DNA of 64,000 bases from Chrysomallon squamiferum (GCA_012295275.1 CM022673.1:24366001-24430000); one strand, 5' to 3'. Counted from the stretch's first letter, positions 42,859 to 55,614 are shown. Numbers and translations are program-made. Notes: generated by a model not told the origin, from the sequence alone.

Positions 42859-42989
42859 CTTTCGTGTACTGCTCTCTCTGCCAACAGCATCAGAAGTGTC
42901 AGTGCATTAATAAATGGAAATTTTTCTAGTAAGAAAAATGAAACTTTCATACATATGTGGCGACAACCACTCCAATAGGTTGTCGCCAT
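42859..42989 (-). CDS. TMEM101: TMEM101 homolog, coding exon 1 (131 nt, ends phase 2)
   Basis: ATG at 42989. MATTYWSGCRHICMKVSFFLLEKFPFINALTLLMLLAERAVHE, then AG|gttaat donor. LLEKFPF...LMLLAERA aligns with vertebrate TMEM101 LLTRCPF...LMLYAERA (from recall). Confidence 0.88.
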
Positions 42990-43014
42990 AGCTTCTTAGT
43001 TGTTGTGTGTATTT

Positions 43015-43215
43015 CCTCCTTGTTAAATGGCGCTCACTAGAAGAAGAAACTCACAATCTTTACAAAAGCAAAAGGTATAACGTAGGACTAGATGTGTAGT
43101 TTTGATCATACCTGATAAAATAAACGCATAAGTAAATTAAAATATTTTCTTTATATATTATCATGATTTGATGTTTTGTTACGATTCAAATATAAAAATA
43201 TCCAAGATGGCAAAT
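43015..43215. promoter_or_regulatory. Probable TMEM101 core promoter region, possibly bidirectional
   Basis: Immediately upstream of the TMEM101 ATG. YY1-type motifs AAATGGCG (about 43025) and CAAGATGGC (about 43203). Confidence 0.45.
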
Positions 43216-43387
43216 ATCGACAGTCAAATCAAACAATCTCTTTATCAGCAGATTATTATTACAATTATATGTAAAGGAAAACATAGTTAATTTATTATTA
43301 TTGTTGTATCATACTAATATAGCATTTTAATTATTATTTATTTATTTATTTATTTACTTATTTATTTACTTTCTTACTTACTTATTT

Positions 43388-43424
<37 letters not shown>

Positions 43425-43429
43425 CTTAG

Positions 43430-43525
43430 ACTTCCTTTGGCCATGATGATAAATATCATAAGGAGACTGGATGACTGTGTTGAAAGGCTGACAACAAGAA
43501 ATATGCATAGATCAATTCTTATACC
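43430..43525 (+). other. Candidate 96-nt exon of a divergent plus-strand transcript
   Basis: Long poly-T tract then aacacttag acceptor, CC|gtgagt donor. One open frame (LPLAMMINIIRRLDDCVERLTTRNMHRSILIP). Confidence 0.35.
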
Positions 43526-43729
43526 GTGAGTGAATGAATACTTAAATAAATAAATAAATAATAAGGAGAAAAAGAACAACAAGACCAATTACGATTGGTC
43601 ACAGTCTGATAAGCGGTCAGTTATAGAAACTATTTTACATAGAAATTTCTTTTCGGATATTTTTTTCTTTTTTGGTCAGTACAATGCATAATAATGTTTT
43701 GAAAGTTTTAAATGATTACAAACCTTTAT

Positions 43730-43763
<34 letters not shown>

Positions 43764-43934
43764 GGGGGATTTTTTTCGTTTTTTTTTTCCTGTTTTAGTT
43801 CAGATTCGTTTTAATTTCAAAGTACATAATATAAATATGCTAAAAAAAATGGTTCTGAACGCCTTAGAAATGTAAATAAAACAAAAAATGTTCATCCCTC
43901 TTTTACCTTAATTTTTTTTTTTTTTTTTTTTCAG

Positions 43935-43946
43935 TGTTTGTATCAG
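43935..43946 (+). other. Candidate 12-nt microexon TGTTTGTATCAG
   Basis: Branch-point-like ccttaa, ~20 T and cag acceptor, then a consensus donor CAG|gtgagt. Confidence 0.4.
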
Positions 43947-44594
43947 GTGAGTTTTTGCAGTCTGAATCCTACTTTCTCATCAAACATAAATAATTATTAT
44001 ATCGTGTCCCTTTGATTTAAGTTGTTTTGAATATTGTCAGAATAATAAATCAGATCCGCCAGAACCAATTCAAGTCTAAGAGTATTTGGAGAGATAGTTG
44101 CATGTTACTGTGTATCTGTGAGTGGGTGCCTGTGTGTGTGTTAAATTAATAAATGTAAGTAAGATGTAAATAAAATGCGTTAAATAAATTCTTTCATTTA
44201 TGTCGCCGACATTTTAGGTTCAATCAAGGTATATAACTCCATCAACATAATTTGATAAACATTAAAAGGGTTCTCTCCCTTAATGAATGTTTTTATGCTG
44301 CTTATGGTGTATATCTCCAAAGACTATCTATTCAGAAACAGGCATATTTCTATCAAATGCAGGACGTTCCTTAGGTTCATTTCTTGGCTGTTCATATTTA
44401 AATAAATCATACGAAAGGGGAGTAATTGATCTGTAAGTTCTAACAAGAATATTGTGACGGAATTCCCTAAAATTGTACAATCTACAAATTCCCCTAAACA
44501 ACGAAATAATACATATTGTATGAATCATTTATCCAAACTATTCAGAGCAGGAATTAAACGTTTAAATGTCTTTTGAATTCCTGACTACTTCTGG

Positions 44595-45455
44595 AATATG
44601 ATGAAACACATGCATGTATATGTGTTATCTAGTATTAAGATATGTTGAAAGTCATGCATATGTTTTAATTAGTACTAAGATATGTTGAAAGACATGTATA
44701 TATTATTTTAACTAGTACTAAATTATGTTGAAACGCATGTATATATTATGTTAACTAGTACTAAGATATGTTGAAACGCATGTATATATCTTAACTAGTA
44801 CTAAGATATGTTGAAAGGCATGTATATATCTTAACTAGTACTAAGATATGTTGAAAGGCATGTATATATCTTAACTAGTACTAAGATATGTTGAAACGCA
44901 TATATATGTCTTAGCTAGTACTAAGATATGTTGAAACGCATGTATATATCTTAACTAGTATTAAGATATGTTGAAAGGCATGTATATATCTTAACTAGTA
45001 CTAAGATATGTTGAAACGCATATATATGTCTTAGCTAGTACTAAGATATGTTGAAACGCATGTATATATCTTAACTAGTACTAAGATATGTTGAAAGGCA
45101 TGCGTATGTTTTAACTAGTACTAAGATATGTTAAAAATTATACATATATCTTAACTATTACTAAGATATGTTGAAATGCATGTATATGTCTTAACTAGTA
45201 CTGAGATATGTTGAAACGCCTGTATATGGGTTAATAGTACTAAGATATGTTGAAATGCATGTATATGTCTTAACTAGTACTAAGATATGTTGAAACGCAT
45301 ATATATGTCTTAGCTAGTACTAAGATATGTTGAAACGCATGTATATATCTTAACTAGTACTAAGATATGTTGAAAGGCATGCGTATGTTTTAACTAGTAC
45401 TAAGATATGTTAAAAATTATACATATATCTTAACTATTACTAAGATATGTTGAAA
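44595..45455. repeat. Minisatellite, 40-bp unit GATATGTTGAAA(C/G)GCATGTATATATCTTAACTAGTACTAA, about 21 copies
   Basis: Directly visible tandem array. Confidence 0.96.
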
Positions 45456-45833
45456 GGAAATCCTGTGAGCTAAGTAGGACTAGGATAGTTTGGTATTTTG
45501 TGTTAACCACAGTTAATTAGGCTATGTTGGAAGGAAATCCTGTGAGCTAAGTAGGACTAGGATAGTTTGGTATTTTGTGTTAACCACAGTTAATTAGGCT
45601 ATGTTGGAAGGAAATCCTGTGAGCTAAGTAGGACTAGGATAGTTTGGTATTTTGTGTTAACCACAGTTAATTAGGCTTGGAAGGAAATCCTGTGAGCTAA
45701 GTAGGACTAGGATAGTTTGGTATTTTGTGTTAACCACAGTTAATTAGGCTATGTTGGAAGGAAATCCTGTGACCTAAGTAGGACTAGGATAGTTTGGTAT
45801 TTTGTGTTAACCACAGTTAATTAGGCTATGTTG
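45456..45833. repeat. Tandem repeat, 77-bp unit, 5 near-identical copies
   Basis: ggaaatcctgtga starts at 45456, 45533, 45610, 45683 and 45760. Confidence 0.97.
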
Positions 45834-45958
45834 ACTGGAACTTGCAGCTGAAAGCTAAGTAGATGACTGACTTTCTAGATTAGGAGAAATCATGAAACAG
45901 CTTTGTATATATAATGTATGTATGTATGTTTGTATGTATGTATGTATGTATGTATGTA

Positions 45959-46022
<64 letters not shown>

Positions 46023-46564
46023 GACAGTGATCTCAGCTATCCTTAAAAGAATATTTCCGCACAAATCTTAGCAATGATTTTGTTTTTCTCTCTCTTGTAA
46101 AATGGATTTTATAGTAATAACGTTTCGGTCTGAACTAAGTAAGGCATAGAGCGATCTATGGACTTCCAGGACTAACAAAAATTGATTAGTGACATATTTC
46201 AATATCCATTTGTCTCTCAGTTCAATAACAAGATGAAGACTGATTTGCTGAGACTGAATTTCTTTCTTGTCGTCGCTCAAAGTAATGGATTCCAGGTTAT
46301 AATGATTCAATAGTTTCAAATATTTAAGCTGTTTACTTGTATTCATTTGAACAGTTTAGTTAAATAATTTGTATTTCGTAGTGCATCGTTACATGAAGTA
46401 ATTGATTGCCTATACCTGATTTTAGCTGTAAAAAAGTTTCTCTTCACGATCAAAACTTACGTTATAGTGAAAAAAGAGTTTGTCTCGAGTTTAGCAGTTT
46501 CTTGGTAACCTTTAATACCTTCTCTTGATGAATATGTTTTAAATTTATTTATTATATTATGTTA

Positions 46565-46628
<64 letters not shown>

Positions 46629-46633
46629 AATAT

Positions 46634-46693
<60 letters not shown>

Positions 46694-48858
46694 TAGAAGT
46701 ACAAACTGAGTTTGTTCTACTGACTCATTCTAATAGGGGGAAATAATAAAATATTTTAATTTGTTTTGTAGGAAATTTAACAACGTTTAGCTGAAGTTAA
46801 TAAAACTCTGCAATAAATTAATTCTAATCCAGGATTTACTTAAAGAAAGAAAACAGTCTGAATGACAAATCTGTTAACCTTCTTCTCATACGAATCTATT
46901 TTTATTTCATTAAAAATATATATTATCACTTGTTAAAAAAATTTAAAAACAGTTTAGAAGAAAAAGTTAAAAGCTTAATTTGTTATAAACGTATATGTTT
47001 AATAAGCGGTGAGTATAATTTTTTGTTATCGGTCAGTTTATATTCAAACTATTTTTAATAGGGGTCGTGACTATTAATATTATCAACTTTTAATATTATC
47101 AACGAAACAATAACTATAAAAGAAACGACCACAGTCATTGTGATGTAACTGAAAATCAGCTACAAAATTTATTCCTTAATGATAGCGGCCATGTTGAAAA
47201 TTGAAAATCTCAACAATAAACATATTTAAAATTCCCAAAATTCTTTTCTCTTACGCTTTTCAAAGATCAGTTGCATCATTTATAGATCAGAAGTTACAAA
47301 AATTTCAAACTGCACCAGGACTTTTGTTTGACTTGTGTATAGGAATGTAAAGCAAACAGCCTTGACTAAAGTGTCGTTGTTGAAGTACCAGCTTCAGTGG
47401 GGATGCAACGGCATAAATAAAATAAAGATTAGTTCTCATTTTCCTGTCGTAAATTTACGATCCTGATCGTTGTTGGTCACGTAAGATGGTGCTCTTGTAA
47501 CGTTTGCCTTCAGCTTACAGTGATTATAAACAAAAAAAGTCACTTGTAGCTGCAGACTCTTGGATTCTAGGCGTAATTATTCTGCAGTTGTGGCTGTGTA
47601 TTATTATTTTATTACCACTGTCTCGCCATATTTTATTACGAAAAAATGGAAATTTCTTTCCGTCTTGCAACTTCCTCACAATTTTCGTATTTTATTACAA
47701 GCAATGAGCGGTCGGTGTAAAAAATACAGTAACAAAATATTTCAGAAGTAAATAAACTGCATTAGGTCAGTCGAGCGTACTTTAACAAGTTCAACAATGT
47801 TCGATGCATCCAGTCTTAAACAGTCATAAGTTTATTACAACATATTAAAAACCATTCGCCAGTTTATTTTATTCTCCCCCATGTTCACGTTACAATGAGC
47901 GGCGAAAAGAAAACATTGATTATTATATAAAAACTGAAAACATCATCTTTACAAGTGAGTGTCTGCAACATCAATTCACTGACATTATTAAATAATTGAA
48001 TTCGTATTTTACTTATCACTTTAAGAGTGACAGAAAAAAATGCGTAAGAAACTGAACGGTCATGACCCCTGTCAGTGTAAATACTCGTTTGTATGTTAAA
48101 TCTCGTTTCTTAAGATGACCTGGGTGCGCGTGTCTAACATCATTCAATGCTTGCGAGACGCTTTCAATGCCGTATTATCGTGTTATCAGCTTAGGCTAAT
48201 GGGGATGTGTTTAAATCAACTTATGGCCTGCATTGCCCACTGTGTATTGCATTAGGTATCATTGTCTCCTGGCTGATTCAGTAAGAGTGAAATTGTGCAA
48301 ACAGAAAAATGTTGCAGAATGAGTTCTGTTTGAAAATACTCTTCTGTAGTCGGTGTGTTCTCTGATATTTTACAATTAGCAAGTGATTGTGTTGCTGTAC
48401 GTTCGTCCAGGTTTGCTTTTCTCACTCTGGCATCGTCGTCTTATTTAATTAAAGACTGTAATCAAATGCATCCCGTGTTTCCGAACAGAACTACTCAACT
48501 GTTTACTTCACGTTTATTTTACAGCTTTGGTAATTTATTCAGTTTATTTTTTCAGTTTTTTAGTTTTATTCATTTATTTATTTATATTATTATTATTATA
48601 ATTTTTTTTTTTTTTTCTTCTAGCAGCAATTAATCGGGAACAGATTAGACATTTTTGATAAATAACTGAAATACGATAAACAAAAAATTCTTAAATAAAT
48701 TTTGCGTACTTCCAGATTATGTTTTTTTAACTGTGTGCAGTAGACTTTTCTAACAATTAAGTTTTGACAGTCACACATGTTAAAAGTATGTATAGAGACT
48801 AATGTTTTATTATTACTACTATTACTACTACTACTACTACTATTACTACTACTACTAC

Positions 48859-48916
<58 letters not shown>

Positions 48917-50525
48917 GTTGTTGTTGTTGGTTTTGTTGTTGATTTTGTTGCTGATGATGTTGTTGTTTATGTTTTTGTTGTTAATGTTAATTTTATTGTA
49001 CATTTCTATGTACAAAATGTTTTTATAACAAAAAAGTAAAATGTCATACTCAGTGCCCATATTATTAAATAAAATAATTGACTGTAACGTTCAGTATACA
49101 GGCTATCAATGTACACAGTCACACATACACACACATACACACACACACATACACACCAGTGTATACAGTACTGATGACACGGTATTGGACGATCATAGAC
49201 TTGAGCTGTAGACACAAATTTAGTCTTTAACTGAAACGTACGTATGTTTGTTTTATCTCTTTTTGAAACAGTCAAGGATTAAGAAGGCTCTGTGTAGTAA
49301 ACCAATATGTCTGTTAGACAATCAACGTAGGAACTGAGTCGTCAGTAGAAAGTTACTGATAAACTGAATCCGATGTATGAAGCAGATAAAAAAAGAAGGG
49401 AAAACAAATCGTAAATAAAAAAAATTAAAAAAAAAATAAAAAAAATTAATATAAAATAAAATAAAATAAAATAAAATAATTTAAATTAATTAAAATAAAA
49501 TAATATAAAATAAATAAATAAATAAATAAAATAAAATAAATAAATAAAAACAAAAGTAAAGAAATAAATAAACAAGAAAAAATAAAAGGACACTCATTCG
49601 ACTCAAAGTGTTTATAAAGAATTATAGCAGTCTGGAATTTAAAGTAAACTATCTTTTCTTTTTTTTAACCATTTTTATTTTATATTAATGTCGCTAAATT
49701 AATAGCGTGTGTATGTGTATATGCGTGTGCGTGTATTCGTATACATTTGTGTGTGTCTATAGGTGTTTACATGTGTGTGTGTATGCGTGTGCGTGTATTC
49801 GTATACATTTGTGCGTGTCTATAGGTGTTTATATGTGTGTGGGGAAACAAAAAGATGAACAATAAGAAGAAAAGAAAATAAAACGTAGAAAAAGCCTGAT
49901 ACTTGAAGTCTTGCAGTTTATTGCTTATGCCAATATTGTCATTACAAATACTAATATGAAGTTGGAAAAAGAGGAACAAGAATTTATCGTGTACATTAGC
50001 ATATTTTATGACGTCATCTCATATACAGTTATAATTACCATACTTTTAATACCGTACACCAAGTTCTCTACAATCTCGTCAGTTCTATTTTCAGTAGATA
50101 AAACATGGCAAACATTTTTTTTGGTTCTGAAGAATGAAAAAATAGCGTTAATCTTTGTAAACGATTAGAACAGCCAGGTGATAATCAGTACACGTTTTAT
50201 TTCTACAGCAAAGAAAATGGTTATTTCGTCTTTTCCAAGTACCTAATGAATTCTGCGTTAGTGGTGGTTTAAAATAGCTTTTTATTAAAAATATACTTAT
50301 GTACATGCTTAAACAGTACTTCGGTAAACGTGAAGATGGTGTTAAGGGAGAAATAAAGTGTAACTTGTGTTCACAGTCTGAATTCATCCAGCAGAAAAAC
50401 ACTAAGTTCACGACACTCAGTGGGCTGCGCCATTTTGGTACGCTGAGATACCAGGCTGCATTACGTCATCATCTGAAAGAGAGAATTAACAAATCGGCGA
50501 TTAGAAGTGTAGACGTATCAACACC

Positions 50526-50559
<34 letters not shown>

Positions 50560-50808
50560 TAATTAATTAATTAATACAATAAAATTAATACATAACGGTA
50601 TATAAATGATGATGATGATGATGATTATTATGATGATGATGATGATAATAATAATAATAATAATAACAACATTTATTTAATTAGTATTTAGTGTTAATTT
50701 CCTTTCGTAAAAATTCCAACGCTTTAAAAAAAAAAAAAATGCCGCTTCCGTATTTTGATGACAAGTCCTGTTCACGTATCAATAACAATTATGTAAGCAG
50801 CTGTCGAT

Positions 50809-50930
<122 letters not shown>

Positions 50931-52380
50931 CTTTTGCCGATAACACATTTAAATAAAGCGAAACTAAGAACGATTAAATTAAGTTAGTTTGTTATAGTTA
51001 AGTTGAAAACTGACAACATCGAGAAAGTTTATTGACAAAGCATTCATCAATTTATCAAACACACCAAACTTTATTTGCTAAATGTCTGTATGAAAGAAAG
51101 AAAAGAAAAAAAAAAATGGGAATTTGGCTTTGTCATCAAACAAACTAAATCTTTTCTTCTGAGGTAATATTTTTTTATGCTGATCACTCTCAGCTGTACA
51201 AATTCAGTTCTGTTTTTGAACACGAAACGCGGAATTTTGAAGAGTACGGACATACACACACACACTTCATTATGAGTAATTCCAATTTTCTGGGAAGAAA
51301 TGGATTAAGTAGAATAAACGAAATATTTGTTTAACAGCTAACGCAAAGATCTGTTCAGAAATGAGGTTAAGGATACTTTAACTCAGATTTAAAAAAAAAA
51401 AAAATGTATTAATAAGAAAATCTTTATAATTATGCAACCATATTTAATATAAATAAATATTTAAAAAAAAAATGTGTATTTATCTTTTGTGTGTGTGTGT
51501 GTGTGTGCGTGCGTGTTCGAGCAAAACAGTTTTTCTATTTTGGCTTGCTTAACACTGACCACTCACAACGAGGCTTACAATTAATTCTGTTTTATGAAGA
51601 AAAATTATTAACCTAGTAAAAAAAATTTTTTATTCAGAATGTTAGAATTATTCCCAGCCATATATTGCCGGTAATATTTGACTGATAAGTAAATAAACCT
51701 GCGATAAAGATTTATTTTGCCTTAGTGCACCAGAAAGCTGTAAAAGTGAGAAGTGAATTATGTACGTCACAAAACACATTTCATCTCTGACAGGTTCTAT
51801 CCCATAATGTGGAGACGGTCAAGAAAATAATTGCTCTGGTCAAAACAGAGTTAGTCCCATAATAACTGATAACAAGTGCAGCCTGGTGACACACAGCGGA
51901 TCCAGTCACCCGGGTAGACAAGCAACTTACATGTTATTTAGTGTTATTTATACACAGCAGTATTCCAGCCGCATTATAGATTTGTTTCAGACGCAGAAAG
52001 ACAAGCTAACCGTATTAAACAAATAAACAGCTTTCTGATGTATAAATAAAAAAATAAAATAAAATAAAATAAAAATTATACACGCTAACAGACAAGCTCA
52101 TAAAGTTTGAAAAAGTGTCGAGTTGTTGTTAAGAAATATAGATTGTTTCTGCAAACTCATAAATTCTGCTTAAGATGTTTTTTTGTTGGTTTTTTTTTGT
52201 TTTTTTTTTTTTTTTTTCTGTTCTGTATGGATTTGACATCAAAACAGAAAAATTAACATTCGATTATCAATAAAGATTCTAGGTTTATGTTATTAAAGTG
52301 GTCACAGCGCAAACTGAATTGTGCTGAAATAATAATCGATTGTAATTGAGAATTAAGATAAATAGAACAAAAATCAAATT

Positions 52381-52481
<101 letters not shown>

Positions 52482-53198
52482 CTCACACACTCTCTCTCTC
52501 TCTCTGTGTGTCTCGAAGAAGAAGGATAAGAAGAAGAAGAAGAAGAAGAAGAATACGAATAAGAAGAAGAAGAAGAAAGAGTTAAACGTCACCTTTTTAG
52601 AAAAACGCGCACCCTAAGACACTTGTAATTTTTTCTTTAATCATTTTTAGTATTTAACTTTATCTCTGTAGCGTTGTATGATTTCTTTTGGCACTTTGTA
52701 TTTACTGTTTCGTGTGTTACTCTGCGGTGATAATTGTAAATTAAATTCTCTAATCGTTTTTCAAGACGGTCGTTCTTTCCTCCTAGTTCAGATAACATCA
52801 GCTGATACTCATTACTTGTTATGCTACGCTTAATCCCTTCTTCATAGTAATTACAAACACAATTAACAAGTGAAGTGACTTAACTGTGAAATCTAATAAG
52901 TTTGCTAGAGGCATTTAGAAAAATGTTCAGTATAATGATTGTAGATTCAGTTAGTAAAGATATGAAAAAGAGAAATGAAAAAAAATGAACATTCTTTTTA
53001 ATTATCTATGTGCGTGATTCTCATTAAGATTAAAACCAAAAGTGTCTGTAATGTTATTTTCTATTTTTTTGCATTTCTATTTTTAAAATTATATAAAATA
53101 CTTCAAATGAGGGTAAAGTTATTTAAAATATTATTTTTTAGATTTTTTAACACGTCACAGAATCTGTTCATCAAAAGCAAGTGAAGAGTAATACAGAA

Positions 53199-53738
53199 TT
53201 ACGATCGCTTACGGTTTTCGGTGTTTCTGCGTTTAGCCCAGTCCATGAAGTCGTTCAGCTTCCTTTCCGTCTCTTGTTTCTCGACGTCATCGTTGTCCGA
53301 CGTCCTCTTGCCCCACGTCGCGAACGTCTTCCACCCTCCTCGCTTCTCCTGCTCGCTGCGTTTCCCCCACGTCCTGAACTGCTTCCACTTCTTCTCTGTC
53401 TGCAGGCTGTCGTCTTCGAGTGTTCTCTTGCCCCAAGTGGCGAACGTCTTCCAGGCTCTCTTCAGCTCGTTCTTCAGACCGTCGTCTACGACCGCGTCGG
53501 AGCTGCGCTTACCCCACGTCCTGAACGGCTTCCACGTCTTCTCCTCCTGCCTCGGGGACAGCCAGCGCTTCCCCCAGGTGTTGAAGCTGGACCACGCCCG
53601 TTTGTCAAGGCGACTCAGAGGATGTTGAAGGTCTCCCGAGGTCTGCACTGCGCTAAGTAACGACGTCTTTTCCTCTGCTATTGAAAAGTGGATGGTTAGT
53701 GTTGACAAAACAAGGCAGATGATATTTGTAAGATCCAT
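53199..53738 (-). CDS. MIP: Wamide / myoinhibitory peptide (MIP) / allatostatin-B (WWamide) neuropeptide precursor, 179 aa
   Basis: Hydrophobic N-terminal signal peptide (about 21 aa). Five W-X5-W-GKR units: AWSSFNTW, TWKPFRTW, AWKTFATW, KWKQFRTW, GGWKTFATW, separated by acidic spacers and basic cleavage sites. G-K-R is the amidation signal. A splice acceptor ((CT)n tttcag, 53759-53761) lies 20 nt upstream of the ATG. Confidence 0.96.
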   Translation of the reverse strand: MDLTNIICLVLSTLTIHFSIAEEKTSLLSAVQTSGDLQHPLSRLDKRAWSSFNTWGKRWLSPRQEEKTWKPFRTWGKRSSDAVVDDGLKNELKRAWKTFATWGKRTLEDDSLQTEKKWKQFRTWGKRSEQEKRGGWKTFATWGKRTSDNDDVEKQETERKLNDFMDWAKRRNTENRKRS

Positions 53739-54725
53739 AGATAGCCTTTATATTTCCTCTGAAAAGAGAGAGAGAGAGAGAAAAAATCCCAGTTAAATTG
53801 TTAGATATTTTATTTATAACTCGCTCTGCTGAAATGAAAATGATCGAATTTAATAATCAAAACAATCAAAATAAAATATCCATTGTAACAGAGAATTAAG
53901 ATAAATAGAACAAAACCCAAACTGTATAAAATTAGTTTTAGAGTCAATATTAATAAAGAGATTTTTATATTTAATTTAGATACAACAACATAACGTTTCA
54001 ATCTTGATTTTAAAGTGTTAGTTGTTAATGGCTTAGAAACTTTATCCAACGCATAATAAAAAAATAAAGAGAAAATTGTTTTCTTTTATTAATTTAATTT
54101 ATTTTTTCAATCACTTTCTATTTTTCTTCAAGGAAATCAAAACAAGAAGATATAACATTAATTAATGTATTAATATAACAAAATGTCATCTTAGAAAGCA
54201 ATCACTGAAGGACGTTGTAACAAAATTATCTTTTGTTGCTGCCATCAAAAATAGAAAAATTACAAACCACGCTCAAAACTGAGTGATTTTCAAGTGCGTT
54301 TTCACTGATTTTTTTTTTTTTAATTTTTTAATTTCTATTACTATTATTATTTTTTCAATTTGACTGTAGTTTTTGAAACAATATTTGTTTAAAGTGGAGT
54401 ACTTGTCAAATACTGTTAGCAGGTTGAATTGTTTTCATTTCTTTCTTGTTTTTGAATTGTTTAAATTCGAAATATTATAAAAAAAATTACGCAGTTTCTT
54501 TATACTCGCTGGAACTTGTTTAGGAATAAAACAACGAAGACCATTAACTTATTTCCAAAACAGAATGTATCCGGCCATCTACTTTAGTACGAAGAAGCAG
54601 ACAGCAGCACTTGATATTGTTCAACTAACTATTCTGTATTTGATTTTCTCGCAAAAACTCTATCAAGTAGCATTAGTCTCAAGACACGGGGAAACAGAGA
54701 TAAAAATTAATTTTCTTTAAATTAC

Positions 54726-54960
54726 ATATCCGCTTTCCTTGCGAAACTCTGTCTCGATGGTGTTGGACCTTTCGCTCGCTGTGTTATCCGATATCTTTAC
54801 AGTGTTCTGCAATTTAGATAATGTGGCGCTTGTCTCTGCGTATTATTGTCTCAATCGGAACAAGCAATTAATCAGCAGAACGTCCTGGTGAAGTCTGGAG
54901 CATATATCCGACGCAGCTGTCTTCTGTCATCAAACATCAGACAAAAGTATGACGTGCGAA
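54726..54960 (-). promoter_or_regulatory. Putative promoter and non-coding exon 1 of the Wamide gene
   Basis: The coding exon begins with an acceptor, so an upstream exon is required. This is the nearest CpG-rich island, with TATA-like GATATATG (about 54901-54908), CRE-like TGACGTGC (about 54950) and a possible donor AT|gtaatt at 54726. Confidence 0.3.
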
Positions 54961-55511
54961 CTAAAACTGCTAATAAGATGACGACAGACCGAATATCTGT
55001 TAAATTATGACTTGTTTTTTTTTTTTTTTACGTGAAGCGTGAAAACACCAAGACTGTCGCATATTAATTATTTGTTTTGGAAATTGCGCAAAATACGTTC
55101 GGATGTCAAAATGAACTGAATTGTCGAGAGGTTCGATATAATTACAGTCATTTCTCGTAAGGTTTATGTTAATAAAGCAATATATGGATTACGTCTTTGT
55201 TGAGCCACTTAGGCATGCAGTGATAAGGCTCGAATAGCATCATATTATCAACCAAAGCGTAAAAGAATTGCCAAGACGAACCCAGTTTGGAAAATGTAAA
55301 GTATTTTTGTATTTAATTACAAAGACGGGTACTCTTTTGATGATATCTTTACGATACTTAATAAAATTTTAAAAGTGTATAAAAAATTTCATGAAATAGT
55401 GGGGGAAATGGTTAATGTTCTTTATAATAATCAGCCAATATTTATAAATATAAATACAACTGATTTTATTTATTTTCTTGATTATGAGACAAGTATATCA
55501 CTACAAAAATT

Positions 55512-55614
<103 letters not shown>

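Noticed and set aside
43443-43491. C/D-box snoRNA (ATGATGA ... CTGA)
   Set aside because: Only about 50 nt between boxes, no terminal stem and no recognisable rRNA guide.
46068-46346. 92-aa minus-strand ORF
   Set aside because: No recognisable domain or splice signals; length is within chance expectation.
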